Below the pieces are notes generated by a model that was not told the DNA's origin, made no database searches, and saw only the letters and a list, made by a program, of their open reading frames with translations. The position numbers and the translations under genes were made by a program. A DNA stretch of 64,000 bases. Source: Prasinococcaceae sp. CCMP 1430 (lineage: Eukaryota > Plantae > Prasinodermophyta). The stretch's first letter is position 1. The number at the start of each line of letters is the position of its first letter. Below, piece by piece: positions 57,219-64,000 of this stretch. The stretch covers positions 40,642 to 104,641 of the forward strand of contig RQSC01000523.1 of the NCBI GenBank assembly GCA_013416795.1, in the 5' to 3' direction.

Positions 57219-58259
57219 ATGGGGCGCTCGCCAGCACCGGCGCAGCCGGGAAAGAAGGCGCTGGCGGGCGCGTGGTCGTTCCTGAAGCACCCCACGAGCA
57301 GAGACGTGCGCGGCGCGCGGCGCACGCGCAAGGCGCTCGACGCGCCGCCCGTGTCCTTCGACCACTTGGTAGTGATGGATTTTGAGTGGACGGCGGACGA
57401 CCGGTCGCCGCCGCCGCCGCTCGAGATCATCGAGTTCCCCTGCGTCTTGCTGGACATGCGCCGCTCTGCGTGGCCGGGCCGCGAACTGGGACGCTTCCAA
57501 CAGTACGTGACCCCACAGCGCTCGCGGCTCACGCCCTTCATTACAGAGCTCACGGCCATCACGCAGCGGATGGTCGACCCGCCGAACGGGACGACGTTTC
57601 CCGTTGCGCTGGAGCGCTTCGGCGAGTTCCTGCGGTCCCACGGGATCGAGATCGACCAGCCCGGCGGCGGCGCTTCCTCGCGCGTCGCTGTGGTCACGTG
57701 GGGCGACGTCGACTGCGCTACAGCCCTGAGGCTCTCCTGCGAGCAGTGGCGTGTGCCCATACCCAAGCTCTTCTCCTCGTGGGTCGACCTGAAGCAATGC
57801 TATCGCAGGCACTACAAGAGGGACCCGATCGGCCTCAGACGTACCGTCGAGGAGCACCTCGGGCTCACCTTCGAAGGCCGCGCGCACAGCGGGCTTGTGG
57901 ATAGCTTCAACACTGCCAAGATTGTGCTTCGAATGGCGAAGGACGGGTTCGTCTTCAGCCAAGGGACGCGAGGGTTCGGGCCGGACGGCCTCGTGTGGGG
58001 CAGCAGACACAGCAAAAAGCGCGCTGTGGACGGAGGCGCGGGCACCGCGCAAAAGTCGGGGCTCGCCGGCGCTCGCGCGGGCCAGAGGCACCAAGCGCAC
58101 ACGCGGGCGGAGGTCGACAGCGCTGCGGCCGCGCAGCAGCCTGGTGAGCCTCCGCGCCCACATGAGCTCTCGCCCGCTGACCGCGAAGCGCTTGAGCAGA
58201 TGGCGGCTGAGTTGCACGACGAGGAGGCGCAGAGAGCTTGCGCAGGAGGGCAGCCCTGA
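57219..58259 (+). CDS. ERI1/ERI2/ERI3-like DEDDh 3'-5' exonuclease
   Basis: VVMDFEWT, LEIIEFPCVLLD, FQQYVTP, LTPFITELTAITQ, TWGDVD and GLTFEGRAHSGLVDSFNTA; the acidic and His catalytic positions are present. Confidence 0.9.
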   Translation: MGRSPAPAQPGKKALAGAWSFLKHPTSRDVRGARRTRKALDAPPVSFDHLVVMDFEWTADDRSPPPPLEIIEFPCVLLDMRRSAWPGRELGRFQQYVTPQRSRLTPFITELTAITQRMVDPPNGTTFPVALERFGEFLRSHGIEIDQPGGGASSRVAVVTWGDVDCATALRLSCEQWRVPIPKLFSSWVDLKQCYRRHYKRDPIGLRRTVEEHLGLTFEGRAHSGLVDSFNTAKIVLRMAKDGFVFSQGTRGFGPDGLVWGSRHSKKRAVDGGAGTAQKSGLAGARAGQRHQAHTRAEVDSAAAAQQPGEPPRPHELSPADREALEQMAAELHDEEAQRACAGGQP

Positions 58260-58476
58260 TGCCAGGTCAGAAGCATCGTCGGCGTGGGGCCATGCGCGTG
58301 GGCTTTCACAAGCTCGGGTGCGCGACGCCTCCGCCTGAGCTTGGTTTTCAAAATAGTTTACGTATAGCGGTGCGTCAAACAATAGGATGGGCCAGTAAGG
58401 TCCATGGCACTGTACAGTAATGATACGCTTGCGAAAGGTGAAGGTCTCCGCCCGTTGTCGTACGAGCGCGCGGGGC

Positions 58477-60374
58477 TCAGGCCTCGTCGCACAGGGTTTG
58501 CAGCCTCCCCATAACGCTCCTGAAGGTCAGCCCGCTGCCCGCTGCGCTCGCCGAGGCGGCGCCGACGTCCGTGGCGCAGCCTCGTCGCGGTGGCGGGCCG
58601 AAGGCGCCCCCGAAGGAGGGCGCCTCGCTCAGCAGCGAGACCAGCGCGCCGACGGCCACCTCGACGGGCTCCTCTACAACGTTGGCTCCACCGCCTGGCC
58701 AGGAGCCCCCGCTCTCGGGCGAATTGGGCGAGTGGCCCAGCAGCTTGTCGAGAGCGCTGCCTCCCCCCGCGACGCTGCTCGCCCGCTCGTCCTCGTCCAC
58801 GGCGAACGGGAACGCCGAGCCCCCGGTGCTCAGGTCCTGCGAGAACAGCGCGCCCGAGTCGTCGAAATTGGTGCTGCGCCCCTGCGAGCGGCTGCCGCTG
58901 GAGTCGCTGTGGGTCCCGGCGTTGGCCGGGCTGCTGGCGACCGAGCCTGCCGCGCCGCTCGCGGCGGGCGAGGCATGGTACGTAAGCAATTTCTTGGCTG
59001 TCTGAGACCCCGCGCCGCTTCCGACCGACCACGGCTGCCCCCCGGCCGAACCCGACGCGCTGCTGTGCGAGCCATGCTGGACGGGCGTCGCCAGAATGTC
59101 AGGCAGAATGTCAGGCGGCACGCCCGGTGGCAGGCCGCCATACCTGGGGCTGTAGCCCATGGGGTCGAGGCCACCGTACCTGGGGCTGTACCCCATGGGG
59201 TCGCGCCCGCTGTGCGCGCTGCCGGTGGGCGGACTGGGCGAGAAGCTCGCGCGCCGCACGAAGCCGCGGCCGTGCGACGACTGCGAGCCGTACAGGGACA
59301 GCTGCGTCTGCGAGGACGACGGGGTGCCCGCGAAGGGCAGCGAGGGGCTGCACGACAGCCCGACCTTGGGCGACGATTCCGTCGATCCGCCGGCGCCGCC
59401 CGAGGACGCGCCACCGGGCGTGCTCGGCGCGCGGGGGGGCTGGTCGCGCGAGCGCGCGAGCGCGCTCATGAGCCCATGCTGTTGGGTGTGCGCGGGCGCC
59501 GAGGTGGCCACGGGGTGCAGCTGCCTGGCGCCGCCGCCGGGCGAGAAGCCCACGACGCGCGCCGCCGCCCGCGCGTCGCGGGCCATCAGGTCCCCGCCGG
59601 AGCTGCACCTGCGTCCTCTGCTTATCGGAATGGACACCGGCGACGAGCTGTGCTGGCCGTGCTGCCGGAGCTGCGTGATGCCGCCGACGACCGGCGCGGG
59701 CGGCGGCCCGGCCGCGCCGGCGGTGGTGGTCACCGCGCGCTGAGTGCGCGCCTCCGTCGGCATCGCCGCGCCCACGCCGCCCTGCGCGGGCCTCGGCGGC
59801 GTGGTCGCGGCCGCCATCGCGGCCGCGGCGCTCAGCCCCGTCGCCGACCAGCTCGCCCTGCGCACCACCTCCGTCGGAGCGCTGCCCGCCACGTGGTGCT
59901 TGCCTTGGTCGCTGCCGGAGCAGTAGTCCGCGATGATGCGCGGCCTGCTCGCCGGGGGCATCATCGCGGCCGCGATGGGCGGCGCGTCGCTGTACGCGAC
60001 GGCGACGTAGATGGAGCCGAACGGCGTGCGCACGGGCGCGAACTCGTGGCGCCTGGGCGTGGGGCTCGCCGCCGCGTCGGGCCCCGCCGACGTGCGCAGC
60101 GCGTACCGCATCTCGAACGCGGCGCCGCTGCGCCCGGCGGCGCGACGCCGCCGCCGCCGCCGCCGTTGCCCCTCCGCCGCGCGCCGCTGCCCGTGGGCAC
60201 GAGGCTCACCTCGAGCAGCAGCGGCAGGCTGGTGTCCCTGCGCCACGGCTCAATCTCGACGCGCGTCGCCTCGGGCTCGGCCGTCTCGAGGTTGAACCAC
60301 GAGTTCACGCGGCCGCGCGCGCCCGCGGGCTTGCTCGCGCCGCCCGGGTGGGGGGCCGCGTCCGGCTGGGGGGC
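58477..60374 (-). CDS. ATG13: Autophagy protein ATG13 (partial HORMA domain plus Ser/Pro-rich region); 5' end in the gap, internal frameshift/deletion near 60146-60165
   Basis: RVNSWFNLE and FAPVRTPFGSIYVAVAY (HORMA), AFPFAVDEDE and VAVGALVSLLSEAP, which are plant ATG13-type C-terminal motifs. Confidence 0.75.
59131..59202 (-). repeat. 36-nt coding tandem duplication (DPMGYSPRYGGL x2)
   Basis: Two units at 59131-59166 and 59167-59202 that differ only at synonymous positions. Confidence 0.9.
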
Positions 60375-60868
60375 NNNNNNNNNNNNNNNNNNNNNNNNNN
60401 NNNNNNNNNNNNNNNNNNNNNNNNNNNNNNNNNNNNNNNNNNNNNNNNNNNNNNNNNNNNNNNNNNNNNNNNNNNNNNNNNNNNNNNNNNNNNNNNNNNN
60501 NNNNNNNNNNNNNNNNNNNNNNNNNNNNNNNNNNNNNNNNNNNNNNNNNNNNNNNNNNNNNNNNNNNNNNNNNNNNNNNNNNNNNNNNNNNNNNNNNNNN
60601 NNNNNNNNNNNNNNNNNNNNNNNNNNNNNNNNNNNNNNNNNNNNNNNNNNNNNNNNNNNNNNNNNNNNNNNNNNNNNNNNNNNNNNNNNNNNNNNNNNNN
60701 NNNNNNNNNNNNNNNNNNNNNNNNNNNNNNNNNNNNNNNNNNNNNNNNNNNNNNNNNNNNNNNNNNNNNNNNNNNNNNNNNNNNNNNNNNNNNNNNNNNN
60801 NNNNNNNNNNNNNNNNNNNNNNNNNNNNNNNNNNNNNNNNNNNNNNNNNNNNNNNNNNNNNNNNNNNC
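60375..60868. other. Assembly gap (N run)
   Basis: Run of N. Confidence 1.
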
Positions 60869-61870
60869 CCGCGCGCGCGCGCGCGCGCGCGCTCGCCGGA
60901 TCCTCCCCGTGCGCGCGACCCGACCCCGACCCCGACGACCCCGACCCTGGGCGCTGCGGCCGAGTGTGCCGTTCCCGCTGCCCTCGAACGACCCAACGAC
61001 CCCGGTCTGACGGAGGGACGATCCCGGTGCGAGCGGAGGCTCCCGGGGCGGCCACCGGGGAAGCCCCTGGGTCGGGGGCGGGGGGCGCGCGCGCGCGCGC
61101 TCGCGCGCCGCTGCGATTCCCGCGCGCAAACGCTGGCCCCTCGTCGGCGCCAGCGTGGCGCGCGCGCGCGCGCGCGCGCGCGCGCGCGGCCGGGAGCCTC
61201 GAGACACAAATAATAACACACATATTAAACCCTTAAATTCTTACCTCAAATACGGTTGCATCAACCTCAACTTCCCCACCCAAACCACGGGACAAGTTGC
61301 GCGGCGTTTGTGCAGTTCTACGTACGAATAACGAGGCAGTATGGGATTATTACCGGAATTGAATTTGTTGGCGGAACGTTTGCGGGCCCCCCCGCGCGGC
61401 GCGCGCCCGCGTGGCGCGCCCGCGGCCCCANCGTGGCGCGAGCGCGCGCGAGAGGGAATTTCGATTTGATTCGCGCCCCCATTCCCTCTGCGGCGCAGAG
61501 TCACTGCCGGTCGTTTGAGTACGCGTCACTCCGTACACCGCACGCGCGCGCGCGCGCCGCGCGTGCGGATCAAACTCTGGGATGGAGCCGCGGAGCAGCC
61601 GCCCGCGCGCGAGACGATCAGTCAGCGGACGGAGGACAGCTGGTAGCCGATAGGAGCTTGCTTGCGCCTCACCGCGGTCTGTGAGTGGTCAGACCCGGGA
61701 TGTTCGTGAGGACGCCGCCCGCACGACACCGCCGTCGCCGCGACCGCTGACGGCGCGCTGGCGCGCATCCCCGCGCGCGACCGACCGCCTCCCCCCCCCC
61801 CTCTCCCGCTCCGCACCGCCGCGCCGTCGCCCGCCTCTCCAGGCCCGTTAGCAGCAAGCGCGACAGCGCC

Positions 61871-62604
61871 ATGGAGGGCCAGCCCGTGAGCCCCGACTTC
61901 TACTCGAGCGTCATCGCCGACCCGGCGGCCGGCACCGAGTTCGAGCTCGGCGACGTCGCCCGCGGCCGGCCGGTCGTCGTGCACCTGCTGCGGCGCTTCG
62001 GATGAGCCCTGTGCCGCGCGCACGCGCGGCACCTCAGCGAAATCGCCGGCGAGCTGGAGGCACTGGGAGTGCTCCTGATCGCCGTCGGCTTCGACGCCAA
62101 GGGATACGAGGGCTTCGTCGCCCACGATCCCAAGCTGTGGACTGGCGACCACCTGTTCGTGGACAAGTCCAAGGCCACGTACAAGGCGCTCAACGCGAAG
62201 AAGGGCAGCATGTTCGGGCTGATGAAGCCCGCGGTCATCCGCGCCTACAATGCCGCGCAGGGCAGCGGCGTCAACGGCAACAACGAGAACGCGCTGGAGG
62301 GCCTGCAGATGGGCGGCACGTACGTCATTGACGCAGAGGGCACGATGGTCCTCGTGCACAGACAGAAGGTGCGCGCGCGCGCGCCGCCCCTTTGGGGCTC
62401 CCCATCGCGGCCTGTCGCGCACGCCCGGCCGAGTGCGACCGCGCGCTCCGCGTCTTTGGCGGCGCCGCCGCGGTGGCTGACGCGCGCGCGTCGATGCCAC
62501 CGCTCGCGCCGCTCTTCCCGCAGGGCTTCATCGACCACCCCGAGAACACCGAGGTGCTCGAGGCCGCGCGCAAGGCCGCCGTCAAGGCAGCCGCGGCGGC
62601 CTAG
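61871..62604 (+). CDS. Selenoprotein U-like / PRXL2 (AhpC-TSA_2) thioredoxin-fold protein with Sec at TGA 62003-62005; exons 61871-62368 and 62524-62604
   Basis: ATG 61871 reads VVVHLLRRFG[TGA]ALCRAHA, and the same frame continues LIAVG...LFVDKSKATYKAL...LQMGGTYVID...HRQK|GFIDHPENTEVL*. The TGA sits at the first Cys of the family CxxC motif. Confidence 0.9.
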
Positions 62605-62713
62605 GCCGCCGTCGCTGTAGGCGGCCGCACGCGGCCAGAGTCCGCCCGAGCTACCACGCGCGCACGCCCAGCTGCCCGCTCCCGGCGCCTCGCGCGCGCG
62701 CCCGCACTCCCCA

Positions 62714-62764
62714 CTGACGGCCCGCCCGGAGAGCGCGCTACTGAGCGCTCGGGCGGAGCCCGAG
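62714..62764 (+). promoter_or_regulatory. Candidate SECIS element (type II-like) in the 3' UTR
   Basis: UGAC (62715-62718) / CGAG (62761-62764) tandem G.A quartet; helix GGC+CCGCCC / GGGCGG+GCC with one bulged A; unpaired GGA; mini-stem GAGCGC/GCGCUC with an 8-nt loop. Confidence 0.7.
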
Positions 62765-62960
62765 GGGGCACTCCCGCGAGGGAAGTCGCATGCGGGTCCT
62801 GCTCACGCAGGCACAGGCGCGTCGGTCGAGGGCGACCGCGGGCACGCTGCTGGCTTGCTGCTGCGCGAGATAGCCGTGTCGGCATTATACATGTGATATT
62901 AGCGAAGTGGCCGTGGGACGCGCGAGCGAGCGCGCGCACCGCCCAGCAGCGGCGGCGGCG

Positions 62961-63926
62961 CTAGTCGAAGCGCACCCCAATCTCGTGGACGCCCCACGCC
63001 AGCGCGCCGAAGGCCACCACTGCGAGCGCGTTGGTCGCCAGGTGGCCCGCCTTGCGCTCCTCCCTCTCCAGGACCTCGTCGAGGTCGAGGTAGAGCGTCT
63101 GCGTCTGCGGCGAGCGGTAGCCGCGGGCGACCATGGCCTGCGCCACCTGCTCCGAGGCCGCGAAGAGGTTGTCCGCCAGCCGCCCGAGCGCGCCGCCCGC
63201 CACGTCCGCGGCGCCCGCAGTGCCCAGCGTGCGCCAGTCCAGGCCGCGCGCGAGCACCGCCATGGCGAGGTTGCGCGCCTCCTGGAAGACGAGCGCCACG
63301 AAGCGCAGGCTGAGCAGCAGCGTGAGCGCGAGCTCGTCCACCGGCGCGCCCACGAGTCGCAGCGGCGCGAGGTACCACCGAATGGCCGCCGCGACCGCCT
63401 CGGGCGGCGTCGTGCTGAGCCACAGGTTGGCGGACTGCAGCACCGTGAAGGTGAGCATCGCGCTGGAGGCCGCCAGGCGCGCGCCGCGCCGCGTGATCGC
63501 CAGTGGAAGGCCGGGCACGTCCACGAGCGTGTACGAGTACCCGCCCTCGGGCGGCGGCAGCGCCGGCAGCGCGTCGACGACGCCCGCGTCGGGCAGCCGC
63601 GCGGTGCCGAGCGGCGCGATCGAGTCCACGCCGAGCGCGGCGAACACGAGCACCAGCGCCGAGAGCGCCCCCACCTGCCTCAGCTGCGCCGACGCCAGCC
63701 TGGGCGGCAGCGCCGTCGCCGTCGCGAGCACGAGCGACGCCGCGACGCCCGCGCGCGCGCATGGCCCCGCGGCCGCCTGCAGCAGCACGACGCCGAACAG
63801 CCACGCCTGCTTGGTGCGCGCGTCGAGCGCGTGCAGGTAGCCGCGCGGCTCGGGCACGTACTGGCCCAGCGGCAGGCTGGTCTGTTGGAGGAAGCCCGAC
63901 AGGACGCGGTCGGCCGTCGCCGCCAC
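62961..63926 (-). CDS. EcfT/CbiQ-family membrane protein (plastid ABCI12-like); 5' end beyond the window
   Basis: LGQYVPEPRGYLHALDARTKQAW, TTPPEAVAAAIRWYLAPL, LLLSLRFVALVFQEARNLAMAVLARGLDW and AMVARGY. Confidence 0.88.
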   Translation of the reverse strand: MAATADRVLSGFLQQTSLPLGQYVPEPRGYLHALDARTKQAWLFGVVLLQAAAGPCARAGVAASLVLATATALPPRLASAQLRQVGALSALVLVFAALGVDSIAPLGTARLPDAGVVDALPALPPPEGGYSYTLVDVPGLPLAITRRGARLAASSAMLTFTVLQSANLWLSTTPPEAVAAAIRWYLAPLRLVGAPVDELALTLLLSLRFVALVFQEARNLAMAVLARGLDWRTLGTAGAADVAGGALGRLADNLFAASEQVAQAMVARGYRSPQTQTLYLDLDEVLEREERKAGHLATNALAVVAFGALAWGVHEIGVRFD

Positions 63927-64000
63927 ATCGCCGCCCTCGCCGCGCCGCCGCTTCGCCCTCTCCCACGGCGGCGTCCACCGCGGCGGCGGCGGCGGCGGCG

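Noticed and set aside
62890-62915. GTGA..AA near 62893 as the SECIS
   Set aside because: The spacing to AA is too short and there is no complementary helix or 3' GA partner.
1-64000. Hundreds of long Arg/Ala/Pro-rich ORFs overlapping real genes, including ORFs running through N gaps
   Set aside because: They are expected shadow or antisense frames at this GC content; they lack family motifs and lie opposite or out of frame to genes with clear motifs.

Overview
This is a gene-dense window from a very GC-rich eukaryotic nuclear genome. Chloroplast-targeted PGR5, FtsHi, HOZ-like and ABCI12-like genes, a TIO/Fused kinase and short GT-AG introns full of (CG)n tracts point to a green alga; a prasinophyte-grade lineage is my inference. 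It holds about 30 protein-coding genes and four large N gaps, and I found no RNA genes, transposons or CRISPR arrays. Most of the supplied ORF track is antisense or shadow ORFs. (1) The strongest observation is a selenoprotein the ORF track misses: a PRXL2/SelU-type thioredoxin-fold gene at 61871-62604 with an in-frame TGA in an RRFG-U-AL-C motif. A SECIS-like hairpin with atypical features (CUGA core, GGA in place of the apical adenines) lies 110 nt past its stop. (2) An ankyrin-repeat/NSUN2(Trm4)-like protein has lost both catalytic cysteines. (3) Orphan fragments of unrelated genes (EHD, VPS13, choline transporter-like) are wedged against the 5' ends of other genes. There is also an in-frame mitochondrial carrier/ERI exonuclease ORF and an ATG13 with an internal deletion. 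These are most parsimoniously assembly chimeras, but real fragment capture is testable. (4) A large Cys-rich, GY-repeat type I surface protein and an IPT/TIG protein with an unusual beta-rich insert are present. All family calls come from motif recognition by eye, not database searches.
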